Shown: piece after piece, positions 47,239 through 61,295 of the stretch
How the letters are laid out: the number at the start of each line of letters is the position of its first letter
Position numbering within the stretch: position 1 is the first letter of the stretch
From: Lytechinus pictus
Taxonomy: Eukaryota
NCBI RefSeq assembly: GCF_037042905.1
Contig: NC_087250.1
Location: forward strand, 18,850,001-18,914,000
Length of the DNA: 64,000 nucleotides
Direction: 5' to 3'
Program-made: the position numbers and the translations under genes
The notes under the pieces: model-generated
What the model saw: only the letters and a program-made list of their open reading frames with translations
The model's database searches: none
Told to the model about the DNA's origin: nothing

Positions 47239-48732
47239 TATGAGTGATATGTTATGAAGCAAACCAGCAGGAGAACAAACTGAAAAATCCAATTAAATAA
47301 ACACATTTATTTCTTAGAGGGTGTCACTAGATGGTGTGTTAGGTTGTGCGTGTGTAATTGAGTTCTTTCAGATGTGCATCAATCAGATATGATTATTTAT
47401 ATCTGGGACCGACCTTTAACGTCATCATCTGAAAGACGTGAACAGGGCGTGAACCTCAAACCTCTGGATCAATTCGCAACTTCCCCCACATAACTTGGTC
47501 ACAACACCCAGTTGTATTATGTGACAAGACCTTTAGAAGGGTGCAACTTGAAGCCGATTTGGACTTGATATAATTTGAATTTCAGTATTCTGAGCATTAC
47601 GTATAACTTCAAATTAAATTATTTTACTTCTTGGGACTTTTGTATTTCATGTTAAAGGCGATTCGTTCAAAAATCGCGTCGCAACGGAGCGTGTAGTGTA
47701 TGCTGGGCTTTAGAGGGTATCACGAGATGGAGGTACGTGAAAAGACCTTTAGAAGAGTAATAAGATGTTTGTAACTATTAGTTTCTTTTCCCATCGTTGT
47801 GATTCCCAGAAGCAATCAGCCAAGACCTCAAGGTTATCCTAGCTATCCATGATTGAGTATCATTTATCAAATCATCCCCAGAATCAATATGAAACCCTCT
47901 ACAGCAAAAAGAAGGCAGTTCCAACTGAACAGACCTGTCAGTCAAGTATGTATTTTTATCAAATGAAAGCTAGATGGTCCAGTAATTTTTCATGTTTACA
48001 GAACATGTGTTCAATTTCTGGATTTCTCTTGTGAGAAAGTCTAGTTTGAAACTTGTTTTGAACTTTGAAGTGTAATGGCATTATAGTTTTTACCATGATA
48101 TCAAATAAAATTGATTTGTGAAGTATAAATCACACAATCTTGCAGAAATACAGGGATTATCTTTAGCAGATTTAAAGTATTTTTCATGAAGGCCCTACAA
48201 GTTAAGTTTATGGTGACTTTGCCGTCCAATAGTAACTACCTCGGCAACAATGCTTATCAATCAATCAAAATCAAGGATGCACAATTTCTACAAGTTTACT
48301 ATCAGCCAATCAGATCGAAGGATTTCAGTAGCTTTTAAGTCTTGTTGCAAATTTGTTATTATAACAAGTTTTATGAAATGGATCCCTGGCGTTGCAAGTC
48401 ACTCCATTTGGAGAAGGGTATGCACATTTTGAATATGTTTGTATCCAATGTAAAGTTAACACTATTTTGAAAGGCATAATGCAGACTTGATTCACTTTTG
48501 AAGCAAATGAGATATTGAGTCAATCCAGACTTGTAGATTTAAAGGGAAAGTAGATTTAAATCTGACCCTAAGATCTGTGTGATGTAAATTTCACTCCATT
48601 GAGGTAACGATTAATCACATTCAAATCTACTGTGAAGCAAATAAACATTTAGTTGACGAATTCATTACTCCAACTTTGCAGAGTTAAATATGAACGTGCT
48701 TTCGAAATAGTGTTCTGAAGGCAGACATTAAA

Positions 48733-48872
48733 AGGAGAAATTAACCCTGACAAAAAGTTTGTCATAAAAATACTAGAAAAATATTGGTGAAGGTTAGAAG
48801 AAAATTCCATCAAAGATAAAGAAAGTGATTAGAAATTTACATTTTTTATATTTATCAGGATTTACTTCCCCT
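48733..48872. mobile_element. Internally deleted Kolobok-type MITE (26273 family)
   Basis: TTAA flanks, similar termini. Confidence 0.6.
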
Positions 48873-48940
48873 TTAAGTGTTGTGCAAAGTTTGGATTGAT
48901 CCAACCCTCTTGATAATCCAGGCATTATTGAGTATTTTAA

Positions 48941-49524
48941 AGGAGAATGAAACTCTTGTAGCAAGTTAGCTTTTGTGAAAGCAGAAAAATCAAAGAATAA
49001 GATCAACAAAACTTTGAGTAAAATAGGACTAGCAATAGAAGAGTTATGAGCATTTGAATGTCGAGATTACTAATGCTATGGAGATCCTCCCATTGGCAAT
49101 GCGACCAAGATCTATGATGTCACAGATGAACAACTCTCCCCTTTTGGACACTGAAAATATACCCCAAAACATCTCTTTTTGCTCATTCTAATCATATGAC
49201 AAACGATTCATCAATGATATAATGTTGTGAAACCTCTGTACTTGTCCTCTCATAAAGAGAACACCTCACCTTGTGATAGACTCTATAAAAATGAGAATAT
49301 AAGTGAAATAAGTACTAAAGTAATGAGGGAGTTGTACGTGTGTGACATCACAGATCTTGGTCGCATTGCCAATGGGAGGATCTACATGGCATTAGTGATC
49401 TCAATATTCAAATGCTCATAACTTTCTTATTATTCATTCAATCTTCCTCAAACTTTCAACTATATGTTTCTTTGATTTTTCTCTTTGATATGGATTCAGC
49501 TGGTTTCAAGGGTTTCATTCTCCT
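48941..49524. mobile_element. Kolobok-type MITE
   Basis: TTAA TSD; AGGAGAATGAAAC / GTTTCATTCTCCT; long internal inverted repeat. Confidence 0.85.
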
Positions 49525-49878
49525 TTAATAGATTATACTTGTATGTTCCACCCAGATAAAATCAAACAAATCATCTTTTCAGGTACTACTTCAAGGCTAA
49601 AGAGATTAAATCAATATTATCCTTGATCATGAAATGAAATAAACCTTATGGGAGATGGCCTTGGCTTGTTGAAAATATACGGGTTGCAACCGCCCAGAAA
49701 TGAAAAGGAATTATTCAAAGAAAATCAGATCAGAATAAACGAATAGAAAGAGTTGTGCATGGGAAGTTGGTTCCTTTATCACCCAGGTGTAGTTTCTAAT
49801 TTATGCATGGATTGATGCTGCTTCGAACCCCCACTAAGAATTTCCCTTTTATTGAACCCAACAACCCCCCCCCCCCCC

Positions 49879-50105
49879 CCCCACTTGGTCTTTTATCAGA
49901 TGGTCTAATATTCTCAGTTCATCTGATGCAATCATGGCTAAACCCACTTGGTCTACTATCTGGTCTAATTCTCAGATCGTCTAACACCATCATGGCTATA
50001 CCCACTTGATCTACTATCAGATGGTCTAATATTCTCAGTTAATCTAACAGAATCATGGCTAAATCCACTTGGTCTCCTACCATTTGGTCTAATTATCAGG
50101 TCATC
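49879..50105. repeat. Tandem repeat, ~60-bp unit x4
   Basis: CCCACTTGGTCT..GGTCTAAT..ATCATGGCTA repeated. Confidence 0.85.
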
Positions 50106-52279
50106 TTTTTACACAATTGTGACTGTTTGTATTGTTCCTTCAGTATATCAACTGACAAATCACTTCACATCCGCTCCCGAAAGAAACAATTTTGTATTCA
50201 TCATGAACCATTGAAAATTTGAAATTTATATTTATATATTTTATTGTAATTTGTACGGAGCAGCTGGTCGTATATGACATCACAATTCAAAAACTTATTC
50301 TTGTATCTTTCCTAATATTTGGTGGATTTTCCTCAGACCTTCCCCAATTTCTGCTAATTTTTACAAAATACCTTTCCTCAGGGTGAACTTCCCCTTTAAT
50401 GTGCATGCATGACTCGATGTTGATAGTGTTTTTTGAGAGATAAAGAGATGATATTTTATGGGCAGGGGGTGGGGGATCAGCCTTGAGCTTGTCTGATAAT
50501 AAGGGTATCCAGGCATGCTATACATTAGGTTACCCATCACTCAGTCTGTATCTCTCTCTCTCTTAAAATAGGTCTAGTTTAGCGCCAATTGTCGATATGA
50601 TATTGTGTGTTTTACCCCCCAGTAGCCTATCAGCCTATTAATCGATTCGATTGACTGTGAAACCGTAGAGTTACCCGCCATTTTCACATCCAGTCAATTC
50701 TCTATTGTAATTAGATTCAATGAATTTATCATGGCATGATATAATGATAGATCATGCTCTTTGAAACTTTTGTATGATTAGTATTCTCGTAGTATAACCC
50801 TAGAGTGCTTGCTGTGGTATTTCCTGAGAACATACTGTTTTAAGTCTGTGTCAAAATATTTGTTTAATTGATTATTATTAAGTACTGGTATCAGAATTAA
50901 TACATAACTGAATAAAGCAAGACCTTTCATACATGTAGAGGTATTTCAATTGTCACTTGTAAATCTTGTAATGTAACCAAAAATAAAGAGAAATGTGAAA
51001 AAAAGTGTGTCAACTTATAATCATTGAATCATCAACAAAAGCAACAAGAAGGGAAGTCATGTGTAATTTGTGCAATTGATACTTTTGGTGGATTAATAGG
51101 ATACTGCATGAAATAATTACTGGATATGATAGAAAAGTGAAATTGCTACAATTACATTTGTAATTTAGCTATCAGAAATTTCTTGTTTTTCGATGCAATG
51201 TTACTAAATTTTACAAAAACTGCACTTTCATATTTCTTCTATGTTTCTCTTGTGATATGTAATGCATCATAAAAATGATGATTCATATAATTTATGGTAT
51301 ATATCTTTGAAATGCCTCTGACTATGAGAATAGTACAACTGCTTTTAAGTTTTAACATTCTGATTAGTCTCTTTCAAAAAAATGATTTTTAACCACAAAC
51401 AGATAATATACAATTTTTCCTTTGCAGTAGGGTAATTCACACGGATGCAATCCACTCTTCAGTAGAAGTGACCCCTACCTCAGGCAATTTCCATTTCCCA
51501 TATCCTCTCCCTTTAAAAAAAATTAGAGCTCTGCAAGTTTAAAACTTAATGTTTCTTGGTATTATGGGAAGGTTGATATAAACCTGGCAACAGCTAAGAA
51601 CTTGTTTTTTTTAACTAGCTTTAAGATTAGCTGTACAATAAATTCCTTTTTTTAAAAGACAGAAATGCTATACATACATGTAAAAATCATTGAAAAATGC
51701 ATTGCGTATATATGTATAACAGGAATATGAATTCAAATTTATTTTTTACGATTTCAATATTTTTCAATTATCGATAGGTTTATAACTAGTTTTACAATAA
51801 ATTGATCAATGCTTAATACTATCATTAAAAATCATTTAAAAGAAATCATAATTGATAAACGACAGGAATATGAAACATACTGTTTTCCAATAAAGTGGAT
51901 ATTATTTCATAAATGACCAGAATGATGGTCAGAATTTTAAGTTTGTTGTCGATAAATTCGGTCAAGAATAAAAGTAAAAACTTGTTAAACAAAATTGAAT
52001 CACCTTCATCATTATCAAACGTTTTTAAATGAATTACCTATAGTATATATTTAAACAGAATGAATAACAATATTGAAAACTAAAAGTTTTAATCAATTTA
52101 GCATCACAGATTTGTGTGTAATGTAAATTGATGAGAATACATTTCAATAGATTTTGAAACTGAAATGTCTTTTTCAGCGGAAATTATTAACAATATCACT
52201 CATAAGAAAACCTTGTTTGCAATGCAACAATTACGTTGTTACAAATTTTCTTTAAAGATGAGGCTTGATCCTTTTACTA

Positions 52280-52498
52280 GTTCCAAGACATTTGCTCCGG
52301 CGACAATTGCTCCACTGTAAATTTCACACACTAGTGGAATGGCCAACTTCAACCCTGGATTTTACACTATGTACCCTATCCTAAACCTCACCCCAAACCT
52401 AACATAAAACCCTTTTGGAACCCTAACCCTAACTCTATATTTTAATAGACAAAATAAAGCCTGGAGCAATTGTCGCCGAAGCAAGTGTATTTTCACCC
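52280..52498. mobile_element. MULE-type MITE with 9-bp TSD
   Basis: ACATTTGCTCCGGCGACAATTGCTCCA / TGGAGCAATTGTCGCCGAAGCAAGTGT; CTTTTACTA on both flanks; internal CCTAAC-like repeats. Confidence 0.7.
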
Positions 52499-53189
52499 CT
52501 TTTACTATGTTTAATTAGCAATTAAGTTGTTCATACTTACCAAACCTGTTTCTCTAGATTCTCAACTTGAAAATAAAGTTTAATTGTTTAGTTTTTTAGT
52601 TTTAGTAAATAAATTGCAAATCGACAATGCAGTGCTCCGTCATTCATACCTATCAATTGTGCGAATGAAGCCAGCCAGTGTAGTACCTGTAACATTCAAC
52701 CTATGGAACGTCAAATGAACCGATGAAAGAGCGAAATCTGAACACATTCCTCTTCTCATAGTGCATGCATATTGATGGATCATCTCTCTCCAGTTCACAT
52801 TTGTAGAATGGCCGCCGATCGATTTAGGGGTACAGTTTTAAAACTTTTTTGCACCAAGTGAGAAGCCAAAAAATTGTTAGGGCATCCTGAAAAGACCTAT
52901 TCATGTGTGAAAGGCTTTTGATTTCATATCTCTCCTATTGTGGTGCTTCTACTGAATCTGTGGTTTGATGGAAATAATAGGCATAATTTGGATTTAAAGG
53001 TTATCTCCTGTCGCTAATAAGTTAGAAGTAGATAATTTAACTGATTGTGTACTGTGAAAAGTAGTTGTAATTTGAGGAATTTGTTCAATTTTCTCACAGT
53101 AAACATACATCTTTGTTATCAGGGATGTGTTTTTTCAAGAGTTGTAATACTGTGGGAATTTTTGGCAGTTTTTTATTTCTTATTTTCTG

Positions 53190-53450
53190 TTTGTATGATT
53201 TTCTTAGTAGCAAATCACATATAATCAATATAACTTTGGGAAAGTACATGTAGATGTAAATTATGTGGTGCAATGTTGTAGCAACTCTCTCACAGCAACT
53301 GTAAGTATTTTTTTTTAGTTTAATGGGTTTTCATGATTTTATAATAACAAATCCGAGATAATCAATATTACTTTGGCAAAGTTGATCAATCTAGATGTAA
53401 ACTATTTGGTACAGTGTTTTAGCAACTCTCTCACAGCAATTCTAAGCATT
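53190..53450. repeat. Tandem duplication, ~137-bp unit x2
   Basis: ATAATCAATAT..TAGCAACTCTCTCACAGCAA at 53221 and 53358. Confidence 0.8.
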
Positions 53451-55043
53451 ATTTTCTTCTTTCTTGTACATGTATGTCTTTGTAGTCACAGTTTTAGCTG
53501 CTTTCCACATTTTGTGTAGTTAAAACAAATCACTGAATATTTTACGGAAATCAGATACGAGTTAAATAAACAAAGCTATGGAATATCAAATAATTGCTTC
53601 ATCAATATAATGCAATTTACTTCATCAGTATTGTGCACTTTAAACTGGAAATTGCAACAGCTTGGCTTTTCCTATTTGAATGTTTTGCTTCTTAAAGTTT
53701 TAGTCCATCCATTGAATGGAATTGAATAATAGAGCATCCCTTTAAGCACCCCCGTTCCATGGATAATAATCGGTATAGCATCTTGGTGATGTAAAGGATC
53801 AAGAGGGGGGCGATTTGACCCCTCCTTTTATCCCATCCTTGGATGAGATTCATATATTTTACCCCTCGATGGCATTCTTTTCATTCAAATCAATGGATTT
53901 TTTACTTTGTACAGTGATCTATTGAAATACATGTATCCCGGTCAAACTGACCCGTGGAGGTAATGGTCAATTTGTTGCTTGGTGTACGTTCCATTTGGTC
54001 TCATCCCACATATACTAATCCTAGTTTAGATGATCTTTATAGGTTTGCATGGTGGAGTTTATAACGTGGAGAAGGTTTAAGGTTCACCTTGTGTAATACT
54101 TCTAATTTTCTCTTTTCATCCTACCTCGTCTTTCCATTTCAATCTTTCTGCCCGTATTTCCTTCCCTTCTTGACATTACACATGTATGGTGAACCGTAAA
54201 CCTTCTCCACGTTAATCCTAGTTTGTCTTCAACAAGTTTGTCTATATTTAAGCAAATTCGCCATTCCTGTTTTTTGCAGGATTTGTCACTGAAGTCGAGG
54301 AACCCAACCAATTTATAAGGGTCATTATGACAGAAAAGGGTATCCGCTTTGGGGACAGGGGTGTTTGAGCAATTTTGTTTAAAAAATTGTGATTAGATTG
54401 GAGCAATATTCCCTGTAAAGGTTGCCATAGCATTAACTGAATATCAATATTTTAGCAAATTATAATAGGATTTCAAAACACCACCCCCAGGCCTATCAAA
54501 GTGGACATTAATGTGGTATTTCAATGGTTTAAATTGCTCTTTACTTTTCTGATAAGAGACTGGAGTGGAGACTATTCAATTTTACCACTAGCCCCCCCCC
54601 CCCTTTATTTAATTGTGGTGGCAATGTACATGTATGTGACTTTTAGAGTTTTAGTGTTTGAAAAACGACTTTTTGCAGATCACAATTTTTTTGTTTCTAA
54701 GAATCATGAAAACTATTAAGAGTTTGGAGTTAATAAGCCAGTTCGTAGTTCCAGTCTGCGCATGATCAGAAGATTCTGCGCATGATCAGAGGAAGGTCAT
54801 TTGTACTAAAGTGACATGGTGGTTTAAAATTTAATGAGATAAGCACCAAATTCGATGTCTTGATTATTCATTATATTCTTTTGAATTGTGTTTTTCATTC
54901 ATATCCACACAAAAATGCGTCCACGAATGACTGGTATATTTCACAGTTTGCCAAGTACATTGTACAACATCCTCTAGTATGCATTCATAAATGCAACAAA
55001 TAACTTCATAGAGTGTTCATTGATGTGCTATTCTAGTCACCTG

Positions 55044-55200
55044 GGGAGTGTTTCATCAATATTTTCATCCGACAAGTTGTCAGATCTGACATCTTTCTCT
55101 GGTGGTGATTGGCTGAGAGGTACTGTTACTATGGCAACTGTCGGATAAAATGGGACTTGTCGGATAAAACGTCCGACAAGTCCTTTCATGAAACGCTCCC
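55044..55200. mobile_element. Harbinger-type MITE (GGGAGCGTTTCAT family)
   Basis: CTG TSD on both sides. Confidence 0.85.
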
Positions 55201-56050
55201 CTGGTCTATTCAATTTTTTCATCCCGCTATGTAAGGCATGCATACGTAATATCTTGCTTTGAAATCTACCTATCTTAATGACAGAAATTAAAGGTCATTT
55301 GACCAAAATTGTCTCAGAAGTAACTACGAACTGGTCTATTGTCCCTGCATAGAGAAAGAACATACGTATGATCTACATGTAGATGTAGAACAAATACTAT
55401 ATATACATGCACTCCTGTATGTACATGTATCAACGGTACCTGTATTTATACAATAAAGTTTTTTTTTTAAATATGATTTTTCTCTTTTTGCAGGGGGGAG
55501 GGGCGAATGTGGCCCTCAAGCCTCTAATTCTGTTTGAAACAGTCTGTTAGTACTAAAAATATTCATCTACTATTGAAATGACCTATTTTTAAGGTTTTTT
55601 TTTAGACACTCCTTTAGCTTTCTTTCATGTGGGGCAAGTATGGTACCTGTACAGAGCTCTGTTTTAAAATGATAAAACATATGGCCTATTTGGGCTTTAA
55701 TACGTATGTCCCCAAAATCATAATTTGTACTATTCCTTCTTTCTCCACTTTTTTTTGCAAGGGGGGGGGGGGGCAGGCAATGTCCCCCTTGAGCCTCTAA
55801 TTTTATTTGTTAGTACTATAAATAGTTCTACTCTTAAAAATGACCCATTTTTTGTATTCAAAATAAACTCCTTTAGCCTTTTTCATTTTGGGCAAGTGTA
55901 ATACACTGTACATGTTCAGTACCCGTGGCCTCGCTGGGCTTACACGTTCCAGAAATCATAATGTCTGCTAAACTCCCAAAATCTCATCACTTCTTTTCAA
56001 TCGAATCCTCCGTGTCATGGTCATATCACATATATAATAGACCCTGCTTA

Positions 56051-56945
56051 GCAAAAGAATTTCCAATCTCTCCACATCAATAAAATCTCTCACCCTATTG
56101 TGTTGGGAATATGTTTTTCAACAAGCTACCATTGGCATCAAGTATAGGGTATATCATAAAAATCATCTTTTTTTTAATACAAAGCAGAGTATGTAATATG
56201 TGCAAAGAATTTTCTAATCTCTCTTCCACATCAATATAATCACTCACTTTATTGTGCGGGGAATATGTTTTTCAACAAGCTATATTGTCGATCTCAAGTA
56301 TAGGGTGTATCATGAAAATCATTTTTTTTTTTACAAAGCAGAGTACTAGTATGTAATACAAGCAAAGATTTTCTTATCCCTCATCAATGGAATCTCTCAC
56401 CCTTTTGTGTTGGGAATATGTTTTTCAACAAGCTGCCATTGGCATCAACTATAGGGTGTAACATAAAAATCATCATTTTTTTATTCAAAGCAGAGTATGT
56501 AATATGTGCAAAGAATTTTCTAATCTCTCCTCCACATCAAAATAATCACTCACTTTATTGTGTGGGAATATGTTTTTCAACAAGCTATATTGTCGATCTT
56601 AAATATAGGGTGTATCATTAAAAATCATCAAATTTTTCATATGAAAGCACAGTAAATGTGTATATAATGTGAGCAAAGAATTTTCCAATCTGTCCACATC
56701 AATAGAATCTCTCACCCTCTTGTGTTGGGAATATGTTTTTTCACCAAGCTACCATTGGCATCAAGTATAGGGTGTATCATAAAAAATCATCATTTTTTTT
56801 AATACAAAGCAGAGTATGTAATACATGCAAAGACTTTCCTAATCTCTCCTCCACATCAATGGAATCTCTCACCCTATTGTGTGGGGAATGTGTTTTTCAA
56901 CAATCTATAGCATGACATCAAGTATAGGGTGTATCATAAAAAATG
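56051..56945. repeat. Satellite-like array, ~150-165-bp unit x6
   Basis: Repeated CATCAAT..GGGAATATGTTTTTCAACAAGC..AAGTATAGGGTGTATCAT..AAAGCAGAGTA. Confidence 0.92.
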
Positions 56946-57174
56946 TATTTTTTTGGTATTGAAGCGCAGTAAACTTTACATAATGTGTGTAGCATACAAC
57001 AAGTCTAGGGTTTATCAAGCAAATTGTTCATTAATGTCTTAAAGAACAGTAAATTTTACATAATGCAAGTACCATAGATGTATGAAATATTTTCATGATT
57101 TTTTTTCTTCACTCTCTCAAATTCATTTAAAATGAATCTCCATCATTTATATCAATAATTTTTAACTGTCAGTC

Positions 57175-57505
57175 AGTGCCACCAGCAGCTTTCCATAATT
57201 TGAATTAATTTTAATCAATTGAAATTCTTAGTGACACCCAGGTCAGCTTTCCATAATTATAGTTTATTTGAATGAGTGTTAACTCTTGGTGCCACCTGCA
57301 GCTATTCATAGTTACAATTGACTTGAATCAGTAGAAACTCTTGGTGCCTCCAGTAGCTTTCCATAGTTAGAATTAATTTTAATCAATTGAAATTCTTAGT
57401 GACACCCATGTCAGCTTTCCATAATTAGGCTATAGTTTATTTGAATGAGTGGGGCCACCTGCAGCTATCCATAATTACAATTGACTTGAATCAGTAGAAA
57501 CTCTT
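57175..57505. repeat. Tandem repeat, ~57-bp unit arranged ABC-ABC
   Basis: CAGCT(T/A)TCCATA(A/G)TT-type starts with three alternating bodies. Confidence 0.85.
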
Positions 57506-58283
57506 GGGCCCGAATTCACAAAGGTAATTTTTGAAAACCATCGGTTGAACCCATGGTTTATGCAGAATTTCTTTTATAAATTATGCTTATTTACCGCGTA
57601 AATTAAAAAAAGACCAATGCTGATGTGTGTTTTAGTCACAGTGTGCTCAATTGACGCCTTTTGCCGTGGTTATCCATGCTTTTTTATTCATGAGTCCACA
57701 GTTTTGAATTAACGAGTCCACTCTTTAAACAGTGGTGGACTCATGAATAAAAGAGCGTACTTAATGCCCCCCCCCCCTTTTTTTTTGCTTGTCAAATTTA
57801 TCGGAACCAAAATGACTTTCATTTTTTAGTGAAAGTTTTTTTTTCTCCACTTTTACTTGTCAAATTTACATCAGCACCCCCAGTTAAAATATCGTTTCCA
57901 GGGCCCTGCCTAACCCTGTGTATTTTTCCCCTGATCTCTAATAGGGAGGGCACAACCTTGCCAGAGGCACCATCAGCTCGTGATAGATTCTGAGCTCAAG
58001 AAGCAGTGACTAAATAGATTTTTCTTATATATTTGGATAGAATATTTTCGCAGAATGTTGGTGCATGCTACGGGTGCTGCGTGTATTATTCTCCATATTT
58101 TAGGCAGCATATGCACCCCCTGGAATTCTGGTAGGTGTGAAAAGCTGGAGAAATGAAATAACAGTAATAATAAGAAGCAGTTCATAGAGACACATAATAC
58201 CATTCAAATAGTCTCTATGTGTGTAGAAGAATTATTGTTTTCTTTTGGGCTAATACATATAAATGAAACATAAATGATCTTAA

Positions 58284-58941
58284 TTTTTTAGCTCATCCTT
58301 CGGGCCAGATGAGCTTGTGCCGTGTCGTGGCGTCTGTCATCCGTCCACAATTTCAAAATGCTTCTTTGTCATTTCAAGTCCGATTTCAATTCTGTTTGCT
58401 TTAATTGATAGCACTAGGTGGGGGATTCAAAACTTCTACACAGAATTTTTAAATATATGCGCATTTTTCAAAATTCACAAAAAATGCTTCTCCTTCTTGT
58501 TGACTTTTTTCTTTTGCTTCCATCTGGTTGGTAGAGCTTCTACACAGAATTTTGATATTTTTGACTTGAAAAACTTTTTGTGCTAATTTATGCGAAATTA
58601 ATTGATGCATATTTTTCAAAATTCACAGAAAATTCTTCTTTATTTGTTGACTGATTTTGATTTATTTCCTTCCATCTGGTAGAGCTTCATGAGGTGTTCA
58701 ACAAACTTCTACACTGAATTATGAAATTTTGAGTAGAAAATTATTTACGCTAAAATGTATGCAAAATTTATTTATAATCACAAAAATGCTTCTTTGTCAT
58801 TTCTTCATCAATTTCAATTCTGTTTCCTCAATTTATATCACAAATATAATTCACTACAGTGTCAACTGGGCTGAAATTAAAAATCGCGTTAAATTTTGTT
58901 GCAAGATGCCGGATGAGCACCACATCATTGATGTGCTAGTA
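58284..58941 (+). mobile_element. Complete Helentron-associated non-autonomous element (HINE/DINE-like)
   Basis: 5' T-run, subterminal GCTCATCC with nearby partner GATGAGCT, internal tandem repeats, 3' GGATGAGC, stem-loop CACATCA-T-TGATGTG, CTAGT end. Confidence 0.75.
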
Positions 58942-59866
58942 TTGCAACCCCCCCCCCATTTTTTTTGCTTGTCAAATTTCTCAGGAGCAAAATGCCCTTC
59001 ATTTTTCAGTGTACCTTTTTGTATATATATATATACATATATATATGCTGCTTGTTGAATTTACATCAGCACCCCCAGTCAAAAAATCGTTCTCAGGGCC
59101 CTAGTATTATCCACACTGTACTATGATTGCACTACACTTTCCAACCCAAAGAATATGAAGAAGAGTTTCATTTGAATGCCATTCCAACCCTTTGATTCGT
59201 TTATCCCACACGAATGAATCTAATCAATACCAAAAATATACAAAAGAAAATGTTATCTTAAGCTGAGTTCAATTGCCACGTCAAAATCATGTGCTCCAGA
59301 TTTTTTTCAGGATGGCTGGCTATAAAAGTGCAACTAGCTGAATACTGACCCCTAGGACGCAATGGACTGTAACTGCATTACCATTGCTGTAATACAATAG
59401 TGGACTAGTCCATTGGTCCATGCGGGGAGGAATCAATTAGTTTTACCAGGGTGGTTATTATTTCAGTGATTATTTTGAAATTAAAATAGGCATTTTCAAT
59501 AGATTAATCTGTGTAATCGACTGAAATTGACGCAGTATCTAGCCCAAACTTGGTATGGTAGTAATGGTACCATCTTTTCCATAAAAATGTACAAAATAGT
59601 ACTCGTAAATACTTTTTGGGGAAATAGTGAATTTTCTGCTTGTTGCTTTGGTTAACATTACATTTAAACCACATATAATATTGTTATGAATATCAAACTT
59701 GGTATTGCACTAGCCATGATCTTAACCAGTGTAATAAAAATGAATGTTGTATGTTTTACACAAAAGTGTATAATTAGACCTTTCTATGTACCTTCAAGGC
59801 ACTGTCCCCTTAAGCCTCCCCCCCCCCCCCCCCATATATTCACATATTTGGGTTGAAATGATTTAA

Positions 59867-60462
59867 AGGTCAAGTCCACCCCAGAAAAATGTTGATTTGA
59901 ATAAATAGAGAAAAATCAAACTAGAACAAGACTGAAAATTTCATCAAAATTGGATCTAAAATCAGAAAGTTATGATGCTTTTTTAAGTATTGCTTATTTT
60001 TCACAGTGATATGCACAAATCAGCAACATGCAAAGGAGACAGATGATGATATCCCTCACTCACTATTTCTTTTGTTTTTTATTGTTTGAATTATACAATG
60101 TTTCACTTTTACAGATTTGACAATAAGGACCAACTTGACTGAACCATATGGTTTCAAAAAATGCCAATTCACACGTTCAGGGAGGGATTAATCGTTGTTT
60201 CACTTGACAATGAGGAGAGAATTAGAATATTTCATATAATGAAATACAAAAGAAACAGTGAGTGGGTGATGTCATCAGTTTCCTCATTTGCAGAACGATC
60301 AGGACGTGCATATAACTGTTTTGTTATTAATTAAGCGAAACTTTAAAATGTAATAACTTTCTTGCTTTACATCCGATTTAGATTAAATTTTCAGTGTTAT
60401 GCTTGTTGGATTTTTCTCTTTTTATTAAAATCAACTTTTTGTTGGGGGGGGGGACTTGTCCT
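59867..60462. mobile_element. Kolobok-type MITE (46180 family), opposite orientation
   Basis: TTAA-AGGTCAAGTCCACCCC start; reversed internal sequence. Confidence 0.85.
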
Positions 60463-60589
60463 ATAAATGAGGCAATTTATGCTTTGGTGAACTGATTGCA
60501 TAAAATGTGCATTATATGTATCATTGTATTATGATTTTTATTTTGGTTGAACAAACAAGATGATGGTATTTACCCTAATTAGACTCACT

Positions 60590-61295
60590 GGCCCGTATTC
60601 TGAAGTAGGGTTTAACTTAGACCACAGTCTAACTCTGTGCTTAAAGAGAAATTCCAGTAGTTGCAGTAAACACTGATTTCATGAGAAAGTCTGTAAAACA
60701 AGGCTTAATTGGCAGTATATCATCGAGGATCTAGATCTGGTACAGTTACATAAACTGAACTTTGTGAAATCCTGAAATCTACGCTGAAAAATGTTCACAC
60801 TGAAGATCACCAACACAGATAGGCACACGTGGGACAGTGTATTATTATTGCTGGAATAAAGACCCGACGGAAGTGACCGAATCCGCGCTTATTTTGCTTA
60901 TTTCTCAGCAATTACACAATTTCTTCCAGAATCCTTTGGCACATATTTTTTATTCATACAAACAGACACTTGGGTGGTCATTATATTAGATTCTGTAAAA
61001 AGTCATTTTGAGATCGTTACCAAAACTGGAATTTATCTTTAAGTTCAGGGGAACCGAAAATTAAAAAATTATGTTTACATTGTATATTTCTTTTGTCTAT
61101 TATTTCGTTTCTTTTTGCTTTCATAATGAAGAAAAATACTTCAGTTATCATTTCCAGACAATTATTCTGAACAATTTGAGTGTCAAATGAGTAAATAAAG
61201 TAGATTTGTACAGTTAGGGATCTGTGGCTATCCATAGTAGTTAAACCACAACTTTAACCAGGGTTTAACTTTAACCTGAGTTCAGAATACGGGCC
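60590..61295. mobile_element. Harbinger-type MITE (11214 family) hosting a nested element
   Basis: GGCCCGTATTCTGAA / TTCAGAATACGGGCC. Confidence 0.8.
60645..61038. mobile_element. Kolobok-type MITE (AGAGAAATTCCAGT family), nested
   Basis: TTAA TSD, TIRs; inverted second copy at 61829-62222. Confidence 0.85.

Noticed and set aside
52541..52565. Minus-strand 25-nt microexon-like segment with GTAAGT donor
   Set aside because: Isolated splice-like signals with no supporting gene.
54280..54368. Plus-strand candidate exon (FVTEVEEPNQFIRVIMTEKGIRFGDR) after tttttgcag
   Set aside because: No similarity to the TGFBRAP1 C-terminus, wrong phase and weak donor; probably chance.
56051..57505. CRISPR-like repeat array (also 42278-42910)
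   Set aside because: Whole units repeat with no unique spacers, there are no cas genes, and the context is eukaryotic.
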